Shown here piece after piece: positions 19,856 to 28,646 of a stretch of 64,000 nucleotides of DNA. A program made the position numbers and the translations under genes. Source of the DNA: Sedimentisphaerales bacterium (GTDB taxonomy: Bacteria > Planctomycetota > Phycisphaerae > Sedimentisphaerales > SM23-30); assembly GCA_963663805.2 (NCBI GenBank), contig CAXXMR010000013.1, positions 288,001 through 352,000 on the forward strand. Reading direction: 5' to 3'. Each line of letters starts with the position of its first letter. Positions within the stretch are counted from its first letter, which is position 1. Below the pieces are notes generated by a model, which did no database searches, was not told the origin of the DNA, and was given only the letters and a program-made list of their open reading frames with translations.

Positions 19856-21284
19856 TTTTATTAATGAGCCTGAGCTTGAATTTGGAAATGGCGGCTACCA
19901 TTTGGACATTAGATTTGGCATGATGTCTTATGGGCCATTCGATATAAATGCCAACCTTCGCCCAAAGGACATACGGATCGGGTTAATTGGAACATCTATT
20001 TGTTTAGAAAAACTTATCTCCTGGCTGGATAGATGTTCGAATGGAATTGATGCAAAGGAAAGTAATCAGCCTACACTTTTTCCCAAGTTTCCTGGATTTT
20101 CGATTGATAAATGCTTTAAATCTCGCCTTGTCATTCATGAAGAGTATAAATCTGAAATCTCAAGACCTGAAATCTGTGGTCTTGATAGAAGAAACATAGT
20201 TCAAAGCATTGTTGGATTGTACGTCTACAAGGCACGGATTTTGGCAGAGAAATGTTCGTTAGACATAATTATATGTGCATTACCATTAGAAATTCTTGAA
20301 TTGGTAAGTTCTGCTGAGGATAAGTTAAAAACAGAAGAACGAGATTCTATGGGACATGGAATAAAGGAGGATATTCACGACTTACTTAAAGCTCGTATGA
20401 TGGTTTTGCTGAATTTGCCTATCCAACTAGTTTTACCCTCGACATATGATAATACAAAAATCCGAGATCAAAAAAAAGTGTTGCATCATACTCGAAATGT
20501 CCAAGACGAAGCTACTAGAGCATGGAATTTTCATATTGCTTTGTATTATAAAGCTAAGGGTATTCCATGGAGAATTGTTAGGGGTTCATCTGAATTTACA
20601 TCCTGCTTTATTGGTATTTGTTTTTATTATAGCTTGGACAAAACAAAAATGCTTACGAGTATTGCTCAGGTTTTTAATGAGAGAGGTGAGGGGCTCATCC
20701 TAAAAGGGGCCCCCGCTGAAATATCAGATGAGGATAGGCAACCACATTTGACTGAGAGGGACGCAGAGAGTTTACTTAATTCTGCTTTGCAGAAATATAG
20801 AGATGAGCATGGAAATTTTCCTGCGAGAGTTGTAATGCATAAGACTTCTGACTACTCTGCAAGTGAATTAGGGGGTTTTAATAGTGCTTTGAAGACCCAC
20901 AATATCTACACGTCTGATCTCATGGCGGTAAAGCCTTCATTTATAAGGCTTTTTCGAGAGGGGGCGTATCCTCCGCTTAGAGGGACTTTTCTGAGCCTTG
21001 ACTCGAATGATCATCTGCTTTATACGCATGGAAGTGTTGATTTTTTTAAAACTTACCCCGGCATGTATGTTCCACGGACTTTGCGAATCAAATTAGCTCA
21101 GACGAACCAAACTCCACAATATTTAGCTGAAGAGATTCTGGCTTTGACAAAGATGAACTGGAATGTTACTCAGTTTAATGGTTTTTTCCCAGTTACAATT
21201 GATGCCGCAAGAAAAGTAGGACAGATTCTAAAGTACGTTGATGAAGGTCAGTCAATACAGAATCGTTATAGCTTTTACATGTGA
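19845..21284 (+). CDS. Short prokaryotic Argonaute (MID-PIWI only, catalytically inactive)
   Basis: EPELEFG, HDLLKA, QDEATRAWN, LYYK, LRGT, EILALTKMNWN, PVTI; PIWI tetrad positions substituted (FIGICFY, VVMHKTS). Confidence 0.92.
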   Translation: MNIDFINEPELEFGNGGYHLDIRFGMMSYGPFDINANLRPKDIRIGLIGTSICLEKLISWLDRCSNGIDAKESNQPTLFPKFPGFSIDKCFKSRLVIHEEYKSEISRPEICGLDRRNIVQSIVGLYVYKARILAEKCSLDIIICALPLEILELVSSAEDKLKTEERDSMGHGIKEDIHDLLKARMMVLLNLPIQLVLPSTYDNTKIRDQKKVLHHTRNVQDEATRAWNFHIALYYKAKGIPWRIVRGSSEFTSCFIGICFYYSLDKTKMLTSIAQVFNERGEGLILKGAPAEISDEDRQPHLTERDAESLLNSALQKYRDEHGNFPARVVMHKTSDYSASELGGFNSALKTHNIYTSDLMAVKPSFIRLFREGAYPPLRGTFLSLDSNDHLLYTHGSVDFFKTYPGMYVPRTLRIKLAQTNQTPQYLAEEILALTKMNWNVTQFNGFFPVTIDAARKVGQILKYVDEGQSIQNRYSFYM

Positions 21285-21410
21285 TAATGTTTATACATCA
21301 CTCTTATGGAAGCGTGGGGATGATTTTCCAAATCGACCATTTTGGTCGTTTTACCATTGATAAAACTGCATAATCTCGCTTATAACAATCTTTTGGGCCG
21401 CTTACGCAGT

Positions 21411-22238
21411 TTAATGAGAACGCTCAAGGAGATTGCAATATTCATTAATTTGATAACCACCGATGACTTGTATTCTTGATGCTGCTTTTGTCTTTCGCCA
21501 TATTCTTAAATGTTTAGTTGTAAGGTTGTTTTCATATACAACGATAATTTTCTTTCGAGCAGTTTCATATAGTAAGTTTAGGAATTCCATACTGACAAAA
21601 ATCTTGTTTTTCGAAGCGGACTCTTCTGTTGTATACATAAACTTGAGATATCGTTTTAGCGTAAGCGAATAAAAACAAGTGCCAGAGCCATCTTCCTGCT
21701 GAATAGCACCAATTAAATATACTTGCTGTTTTGTTTCGAGAGATAGTCTATATAATGCCTTTAGATCTGAATAGGGAAACATGGTGTATATCGGATAATT
21801 AAAAAAACAACATGTAGGGTATAATTGCCAATTAAACAAAAACTGTGTTAGTTTAAAGATAGAGATGTGAATATTATATTTGCTATGAATCATTTTTTTA
21901 GCTAGTGGCACAGTCCACAATTTGCTTTTATACCCAAAGTCCGAAGGGGTGTATCCTTTAATTATTTGTTTGATTTCCTCTTCTGGTATGATGACGGTTT
22001 TCTTTTTAGATCCTCCTCTCCTTTTGGGCCGAAGATTTCCCTCATTGCACAATTGTTTACGCCAGTTATAAATTGTTTGCCTTGATACATTGTTTTCTCG
22101 TGCCACTTCCGAAAGGGGCTTTTGAAGAAGGCATTTAAGAATGTTTTCTCTTTTTAATTCTTGGGTTTTTAGATAGTACTCCCTTTTATAGTCATTCATT
22201 TTACACCTCAGAAACAGTAAAATGTCTTCTGGCTGCAA
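21411..22238 (-). CDS. IS630-like HTH/winged-helix protein, degenerate transposase (likely start 22199)
   Basis: SEVARENNVSRQTIYNWRK HTH, GY.S.LWT winged HTH; no clear DDE triad. Confidence 0.55.
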   Translation of the reverse strand: MQPEDILLFLRCKMNDYKREYYLKTQELKRENILKCLLQKPLSEVARENNVSRQTIYNWRKQLCNEGNLRPKRRGGSKKKTVIIPEEEIKQIIKGYTPSDFGYKSKLWTVPLAKKMIHSKYNIHISIFKLTQFLFNWQLYPTCCFFNYPIYTMFPYSDLKALYRLSLETKQQVYLIGAIQQEDGSGTCFYSLTLKRYLKFMYTTEESASKNKIFVSMEFLNLLYETARKKIIVVYENNLTTKHLRIWRKTKAASRIQVIGGYQINEYCNLLERSH

Positions 22239-22620
22239 CTGATAATTTACGAGTTATGCTTGTCCTACGAATTCCTTTTCGCCGACATTTCTTAAGCCTG
22301 TTTGATGGGTACGCATATATTATTGTTCTGAAACCAGGCTAATTCTAGTTCAAAATCTAAAAGATTCTTTTTAATCTTTAGATGAGATACCAAGGTCAGG
22401 TTTTCTCCATGATTATGTGAGCTTTTTCTAATGAGAAGTTGCCATTATTTCTACACTGCAGCTCCAATCAACATTTTTTTATACATAAAATTATTATCTC
22501 ACGTCTCAAAAGCCATAACAAGTGTAAAATATTCACATTATAGTTGCGGTTGTGTGACACGTTAGTCTTGTATTTACAGCTATTTATATAATCACCACAT
22601 AAAGCGCCAGGATACTTATT

Positions 22621-24114
22621 TTGCTTTTTTACATAAGTGTTGACGACGCAATGGGCGAAGTCAAAAGAGAACCCAAATTGAAAGGGTATAAGATGAACAA
22701 TGTTGCTGTAAAGATTAATGAGTTGGACAAAAAGTTGGGCAAAAATATGATGGAGGTCTCTATCGAAATCGGGAAATTGCTTACCGATGTAAAGAAGGCT
22801 GTCGGTCATGGCAAATGGGAATCTTGGATGGAGAAGAATCTTGAGTTCTCTGCTACCAAGGCAAAACGTTATATGAAGATCTATAAGTTCTCCTTAACAC
22901 TTAACGAGGAAGAAACGACCAATTTGGTCGATTTGACCTTGGGGGAAGCCTATGAAAAAGCTACGGATGAAGAAGAAAATACAAATGATCGTTCAAAGCC
23001 CGCAAAAAAGTCAAATGAATATTATAGAATGAATGACAAAGCCAGAGCAGTAATTAGAGAACTCTTCGCTAATAGGCAGCATGACTATAATAATCCCCCT
23101 AAAGGTAAATTTTTGAATCAAATCATTAATGGGGATACTCTTGATATTATGCGTAAGATGAAATCTAATAGTGTTCATCTCATTTGTACCAGTATTCCGT
23201 ATAATAACAATCTATACTATGGGCCACACTTTAACGACAACAGGCCTTATCAAGAGTATCTTGATTGGTTGGGTGAATTTGTTACTCTTTGCTATCGAGT
23301 ATTAGTAAAGGGAGGAAAACTTATAATCAATTGCGATAACATGACAAACAAGGATAGAGATAAAAATGGTGAATTTACTTATCGTCATGCCTTAGATTGC
23401 GATCTGCGTTATAAGGTTCGAGAGCTTAAGTTGGGGCTATTAGAATATCAAGATATTATTTGGTATAAGTATAATAATGGTGGAGCTAAAATTAAATGTT
23501 GGGGTTCATACGCTTCTCCTTCTCAGCCAAATTTTCTTAACTGTAAAGAGCACTTTATAATTTGGGCAAAAGATACATATAAATTAGAGCAGCCAAAAGG
23601 AGTTGAAGCTGATATTACAAAAGACGAATTTGAAGAATGGACTTATAATGTATGGTCCATTCATCCTAACACAAACATTAATTGCCCTCATCCTTGCACT
23701 TGGCCAGAACGTCTAACTGAACGTTTTATTAAACTTTTCAGTTTTCCAAATCAAGTCGTAATGGACCCATTTTGTGGGAGTGGAACAACTAGTTACTCAG
23801 CCAAACAGTTGGATAGGCAGTTTATTGGAATTGACCAGAATTCAAACTACAGCCAGTGGGCAAAGGATAGAATTGATGGTAAAGATATGACTATGGTTCT
23901 TGCTGAATTTCTGTTGAGCGTAAAATCAGAATTGGAAAATAAGTTATCGCCTGAATTAGTTGCTAACAAATACGGTCGGTATTTTAGAATGGCAACCCCC
24001 GAAGGGGAAAGGTGTAAAGCAAGAGTATCTAAATCTGAAACATTGAAGAGGGCACAAACCATAAAGAATACAAATACCCTCTCTAAAAAGAAGCAGAGAA
24101 AGGAGGTAGCTTAA
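22621..24114 (+). CDS. DUF3102-like domain fused to an N4/N6 (beta-class) DNA methyltransferase
   Basis: IGKLL..VK....HGKWESWME...RYMKIY; TSIPY motif IV, HPCTWP, DPFCGSGTT motif I; true start probably 22651 or 22693. Confidence 0.85.
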   Translation: MLFYISVDDAMGEVKREPKLKGYKMNNVAVKINELDKKLGKNMMEVSIEIGKLLTDVKKAVGHGKWESWMEKNLEFSATKAKRYMKIYKFSLTLNEEETTNLVDLTLGEAYEKATDEEENTNDRSKPAKKSNEYYRMNDKARAVIRELFANRQHDYNNPPKGKFLNQIINGDTLDIMRKMKSNSVHLICTSIPYNNNLYYGPHFNDNRPYQEYLDWLGEFVTLCYRVLVKGGKLIINCDNMTNKDRDKNGEFTYRHALDCDLRYKVRELKLGLLEYQDIIWYKYNNGGAKIKCWGSYASPSQPNFLNCKEHFIIWAKDTYKLEQPKGVEADITKDEFEEWTYNVWSIHPNTNINCPHPCTWPERLTERFIKLFSFPNQVVMDPFCGSGTTSYSAKQLDRQFIGIDQNSNYSQWAKDRIDGKDMTMVLAEFLLSVKSELENKLSPELVANKYGRYFRMATPEGERCKARVSKSETLKRAQTIKNTNTLSKKKQRKEVA

Positions 24115-24241
24115 AAGTCAGAGTTTTGTTGTTGCTTGATGTAGATGTCGGCCAATGTGCCACGTCTGCATTACTAGAAAGTAGAATCTAAAGCGTTTAA
24201 AGAATAATTTGAAGACAATATTTCAATAAGGAGACTTTAAA

Positions 24242-24667
24242 ATGTCAAAGGCAAAAAAAAGAATTAGTGGAAGAAATCGGAGAAATTCAACTCAGAAGCA
24301 AGATTTCGGATTTGTCGACTTTCCTGCTGGTGGTGCATTGTTTTATAAAAGCGATAAAGGTAACTGTTTACATGTTTTTGACAACATTGGTTTTATGGCA
24401 ATCGATATGTCCGGAAAGAGTTTTGAAATTGAGGGCTTGGTTTTTGATACAGAAAGAGGCTGGTATGATGCAAATGCAGATATTCCAAAATACTACGGCA
24501 AGAGCGTATATAGTGCATGTATGGATTATGCTGTAGATAGAGCAATAAGTGATAATTGGTATTTACAGCTTGCTATATTTGGTAAAAAAAGACCTGCTGA
24601 AAGTGCTATGTTGATTAGTTATGACGATCTCGTGAGTCGTTTAGAGAGTGAATGCTGTTCCGCATAG
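24242..24667 (+). CDS. Hypothetical protein
   Basis: 141-aa ORF with AAGGGAG RBS. Confidence 0.65.
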   Translation: MSKAKKRISGRNRRNSTQKQDFGFVDFPAGGALFYKSDKGNCLHVFDNIGFMAIDMSGKSFEIEGLVFDTERGWYDANADIPKYYGKSVYSACMDYAVDRAISDNWYLQLAIFGKKRPAESAMLISYDDLVSRLESECCSA

Positions 24668-24722
24668 TATTAATTATAACTAACATATACTCACAGCAAA
24701 CGTTTCGTAGTGTTTTATATTT

Positions 24723-24758
24723 AGTCAGAGCATTGGCGATATTTCCGATGCTCTGACT
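24723..24758 (+). terminator. Hairpin downstream of the 24242-24667 gene
   Basis: AGTCAGAGCATTGG...CCGATGCTCTGACT inverted repeat. Confidence 0.5.
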
Positions 24759-24813
24759 TTGATGAGAAGTGCTTTAAACTTTTTTCATAAAAACTTTATC
24801 TTCTATTTTTTTG

Positions 24814-24842
24814 TTGGAAAGTGATTAATTTTCTGATAGAAT
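24814..24842 (+). promoter_or_regulatory. Sigma70-type promoter for the putative ncRNA
   Basis: TTGGAA-N17-TAGAAT with extended -10 TG. Confidence 0.55.
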
Positions 24843-24846
24843 ACTC

Positions 24847-25046
24847 GAAGTCAGGGGTAAACAACTTCTGACTTCTCAACTGTAAAGTTGAGTGGGTTGA
24901 AATATTATTATTTTTATTGCTTAAGCTATGCTTGAGTATCTCAGTCTTTGAGATTGAGTGGATTACAATGTTGTTGTTGTAGTAAACTGTTAAGTTGTAG
25001 AACTTGACGAAAGAAGCCATCAGATTAATTTCTGGTGGCTTTTTTT
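24847..25046 (+). ncRNA. Putative structured ncRNA, unknown family
   Basis: Six hairpins whose non-Watson-Crick pairs are G-U, one GTAA tetraloop, ending in a terminator hairpin with T-run. Confidence 0.6.
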
Positions 25047-25931
25047 ATTTGATCCTTATGAAAAAATATTTTTATTTTTATCCTCAAATGGGGCTGATTA
25101 GTGATAAGCAAATAATTAAAATAGAACCATAAATTAAGACTCAAAAAGAATTGGGTCGAGATAAGTTATTATACGAGGAAGAATCCGTTTAAATATTTCC
25201 CGGCAAAAAAGGAATTTTCTTATTTTTGTCGAATATATATATGAACAGAGTGTAGGCTGAGTATTAATGTTGGCAGCAAGAAAACCAAGACGAAATTATA
25301 AGAAAGAATATATGATGAATTAACAATCAGAAGTAACAATCTGGTTTTCTTGCTTTTACCCTGTGTGGCTACACCTGCACAGGGTTTTTATTTTGGTAAA
25401 TATAATGGTTTTAATCAAAATTAATACATTAGTTGAATACACTAATCCTGAGCAAAGTAAAGTTTTTTTGCGGATTTTAACTGAATTATATTATGATGCT
25501 TTTCCTTTCTTTAACAAAGAAGAGATATCAGCTGATATAATCAATATCCAACATCCTGCGGATGTAGGATATTTCGCGGTGACCAGCAGAGCTGTCCCCC
25601 GCGATTTATTCTACTTCGGATTTATTTCAGGAATATTATTATTTCAACATTTTCATTTATACATACGAGCAAAGCGAGTTCTTCTACAAAATATAATAAC
25701 CTGATAATTATTGAAATACTATCAGCAACAATGACTATTGTTGTTGATTTCAGCGAGTATCCTTTAGGATATGAGCTGATCAACTTAATTTATCTATTTT
25801 TATTAAAGCTTATATTATTACCCATTAGTCTTTTTTTAGGCAACACGTCGCAAAAAAAGCAAAAAAAATATAATTTTTATGAAAAAACTGAATTTTATTG
25901 AAAAAGTGGCATTTTAAGACAGGAAAAATGA

Positions 25932-26660
25932 ATGGATTACGATAAATCGAAACAAACGGCATTTATCCAAAGGGATATTTTCAGATCAACATATTCCTAT
26001 TTCAGGCAATGTGACCGCATATTTACGGACTATATCTATGGGGATCCGTATTATCAAACTTTATGCGACTTGATATACTCATTTCTGGGCAGATGGCAGA
26101 TAGACTACTCAATCGACTGCCAATGTCTTGGACTGATAGATGTTGTCCAGTTGGTATCAGACTTGTACGCAGTATTTATCAAAGCAGACGTAAAAGTTAA
26201 AGAGCATAAAGCTATGCTCAGTGAGCGATATAGAAAGAATTATATACACAAGGCTTTGAGGAATGCAACATGGAAGCTGCTGCATAAGCAGTTACAGAGA
26301 TATATCATAATAAAAGATCAACAGTCTGATATTGAAAAGGTGTTGAATGACAATCTCAGGAGTTTTAGATATGTCAGTTTTGATGTCTACGAAGAGGATA
26401 ACTTTGTCGATCAAATCTCATATGAAAGATGGGTGGCAGAATCTGAGATAGTTCGAGATCGTGAGAGAAAGACAGATGTTATCAAAGAAATGAGTTCTAT
26501 TCTTAGTGCTTCAGAAGCACAAATCATAGATTTAACTTTAGAAGGATGGCATTTTTCCGATATGGCTGAAACCTTAAAATTGGAAGTAGAACAGGTCAGA
26601 AAAATATTCCATCGAGCAAAAAATAAATTAACAAATCACTATCAAATAACGAGGAGGTGA
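25932..26660 (+). CDS. Divergent sigma70/ECF-like factor
   Basis: Region-2-like NYIHKALRNATWKLL; region-4 HTH LS..EAQIIDL..EGW.FSDMAE.L......V.KIFHRAKNKL. Confidence 0.7.
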   Translation: MDYDKSKQTAFIQRDIFRSTYSYFRQCDRIFTDYIYGDPYYQTLCDLIYSFLGRWQIDYSIDCQCLGLIDVVQLVSDLYAVFIKADVKVKEHKAMLSERYRKNYIHKALRNATWKLLHKQLQRYIIIKDQQSDIEKVLNDNLRSFRYVSFDVYEEDNFVDQISYERWVAESEIVRDRERKTDVIKEMSSILSASEAQIIDLTLEGWHFSDMAETLKLEVEQVRKIFHRAKNKLTNHYQITRR

Positions 26661-26664
26661 TACT

Positions 26665-26829
26665 ATGGCGAAACGTCAAAATCACAAACAGGCAAGAATC
26701 GGAAAAGAAATGCAGGCAACGTTGGATTTAATAGCCTTAATTCTTGATCCAGCAGAAAATGAAAAACTGCAAAAGCATTATGACATGCTGCTGAATGAAT
26801 GGACAAAAGCGGGCAGAGAACGCAGGTGA
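26665..26829 (+). CDS. Small hypothetical protein (54 aa)
   Basis: GAGGAGGTGA RBS overlapping the sigma stop; MAKRQNHKQARIGKEMQ... Confidence 0.6.
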   Translation: MAKRQNHKQARIGKEMQATLDLIALILDPAENEKLQKHYDMLLNEWTKAGRERR

Positions 26830-27014
26830 GCCACAATTAGCCCAGGATTGATTTTAATCCCCAAAGGGTTCTATTGGGGAATCAATAAATCCCCACAGAA
26901 TTGATCCTGGGGCATCTGGTGGCAAGGGGATATTTGTTATATTGTAATATAATATTTGATACAGTACCTGTTCAATTTCTGACTAATTTCTATCAATTTT
27001 CTGCTCAAAACTTT

Positions 27015-27044
27015 CCACCAGAATAGAAATTTCTTCATTTTATA
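27015..27044 (+). promoter_or_regulatory. Island motif copy 1
   Basis: CCACCAGAAT-N16-TATA, about 40 bp ahead of 27084. Confidence 0.75.
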
Positions 27045-27083
27045 AGTTTGTAGAGGTGAACTTGTATATTTGGAGAAATATCG

Positions 27084-27428
27084 ATGCTTTCAGTAGAAGA
27101 GATCAAAAATGGCCTGAATCAGTTTCATGGGACAGAGAATTACTGGAAAAACAATCTATTAACTTTTCGTTATACTGACGGGGTTAAATTTCTCCATGAA
27201 TCTTGCGAGGCATACTGGCTGCTCCAGGCGATCTCCAGTTATAAGAGAAAAGAGCATTTTCAGGCTTGGAAGTTAAAAGTAAAAGACCACTCTGCAATTC
27301 TGACCATGAGGGAAGATACTGGAGAACCAGTAAAAGTAAGACAAGAAATAATATTTACCGATTTCCCCCTTCCCGAAATTACTTTGTGGTTAATTGATGG
27401 TATTCTCATTCTTCCCTCCGAATATTAA
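27084..27428 (+). CDS. DUF6876-like protein
   Basis: L.QF.GTE.Y...YTDGV....AYWL...I.S...LPSEY pattern. Confidence 0.65.
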   Translation: MLSVEEIKNGLNQFHGTENYWKNNLLTFRYTDGVKFLHESCEAYWLLQAISSYKRKEHFQAWKLKVKDHSAILTMREDTGEPVKVRQEIIFTDFPLPEITLWLIDGILILPSEY

Positions 27429-27430
27429 TC

Positions 27431-27460
27431 CTACCAGAATGATAATTTTTAATCCTTATA
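27431..27460 (+). promoter_or_regulatory. Island motif copy 2
   Basis: CTACCAGAAT-N16-TATA. Confidence 0.75.
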
Positions 27461-27488
27461 TTATTGCTGAAGAACTTTGGAGCAAAAA

Positions 27489-27866
27489 ATGGATACAAAA
27501 AAAGAACTCAAACCACTCTTGTCCTGGTTTCCATCAGATTTTGAAGAAGAAGATATTGAATTTGAGTGGGAATATTTGTTAGAACAATTAGATGAACTCA
27601 TTAAAGAAGTTAATTCTGAAGGATACTGGCTCTGTAAAGTAAGGAACTTCGGTTGGAGGAAAATATCTGGTCATGCATTTTTGCAATTTGAAACGGGAAA
27701 CGAATTGGTCCAGAAGGTTCTTCCTGAGACAGAATGCAGTTTTAATGTTTTTCGGGAAAACAATATTATTAAAATTCAAAACTTTCATCATGATAGCCCA
27801 ACTGGAAATGAGCATTATATATTAACTCCAATTAGTCAAGAACAGTTTGAAAACGAAGAAATATAA
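27489..27866 (+). CDS. Acidic hypothetical protein
   Basis: GGAG RBS; FGWR..SG and HHDSPTG motifs. Confidence 0.65.
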   Translation: MDTKKELKPLLSWFPSDFEEEDIEFEWEYLLEQLDELIKEVNSEGYWLCKVRNFGWRKISGHAFLQFETGNELVQKVLPETECSFNVFRENNIIKIQNFHHDSPTGNEHYILTPISQEQFENEEI

Positions 27867-27876
27867 GGAACATAAC

Positions 27877-28266
27877 ATGGACAAATATTTTGAAGTAGAA
27901 GCGACTGTTAGAATCCCAGAACAAAAAATAATGGATCTGATTGTGGCGGCAGTAGAAGGAGGATGTCATTATTGGGCAAGTTTCAAATTTCCTGAAAATT
28001 GGAAAGAAAAGTTTAAGTCTTATGAGTCTATTCCAATGAAGGGTGGCAAAATAGAAGTCTATGATGTTGAGACTGATGTATTGTTGGGATACTTAAACAG
28101 GGCAACCATTCAATTAGGGCTTCAACTTATGGCTGATTGCAAGGACATGAAGGGGAAATCTGTTCCAGCCAGACATTTTGAGAATCTCGCCACAGACAAC
28201 GATGACGCTGAAACAGCAGACGTATTTCTTCAACTATCTATTATTGGAGAAATAGTTTTTGGCTGA
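27877..28266 (+). CDS. Phage/plasmid-type hypothetical protein
   Basis: AAGGA RBS; EGGCHYW...DAETADVFLQ...GEIVFG. Confidence 0.65.
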   Translation: MDKYFEVEATVRIPEQKIMDLIVAAVEGGCHYWASFKFPENWKEKFKSYESIPMKGGKIEVYDVETDVLLGYLNRATIQLGLQLMADCKDMKGKSVPARHFENLATDNDDAETADVFLQLSIIGEIVFG

Positions 28267-28271
28267 TATTT

Positions 28272-28301
28272 CCACCAGAATGATAAAAACTGATTTTTAT
28301 A
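28272..28301 (+). promoter_or_regulatory. Island motif copy 3
   Basis: CCACCAGAAT-N16-TATA. Confidence 0.75.
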
Positions 28302-28331
28302 TAATTGATAAGATCATTTTGGAGCAATGAA

Positions 28332-28469
28332 ATGAAATCAGAAATTACTTTTTGGCAAAACGTTATTTTGAGTAAGAAGCATTATGAACCTCAAAATAGA
28401 GAAGAGGAAGCAAATTATAAGATTGCAGAATATTTTTTGTTATTGCAGGAAAAAGAACAAGCAGCATAA
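28332..28469 (+). CDS. Small hypothetical protein (45 aa)
   Basis: GGAG RBS, follows motif copy 3. Confidence 0.45.
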   Translation: MKSEITFWQNVILSKKHYEPQNREEEANYKIAEYFLLLQEKEQAA

Positions 28470-28628
28470 ATGGAAAGGTTTAAAACAATGAAGAATTTCG
28501 AAGTGACATACCGGTTAAATGGCAAAGTATATCGCCAGGTAATTACTACAACTACCTCCATTAAGGCCAGGGAAATCTTGAGAAATTTACTCCCCCATGC
28601 AGTCATCACAGGAGCGAGAGAAGTTTAA
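28470..28628 (+). CDS. Small hypothetical protein (52 aa)
   Basis: Start abuts the previous stop; MKNFEVTYRLNGKVYRQVITT. Confidence 0.5.
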   Translation: MERFKTMKNFEVTYRLNGKVYRQVITTTTSIKAREILRNLLPHAVITGAREV

Positions 28629-28646
28629 TTTGTTTCCGCGAAAATC

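Noticed and set aside
25030..25040. CCACCAGAA on the - strand resembling the island promoter motif
   Set aside because: It is part of a terminator stem and has no TATA at the 16-nt spacing; the partial match near 26916-26922 fails the same test
25363..25704. 113-aa ORF
   Set aside because: GTG start inside a terminator-like stem, no RBS, overlaps several hairpins; probably spurious
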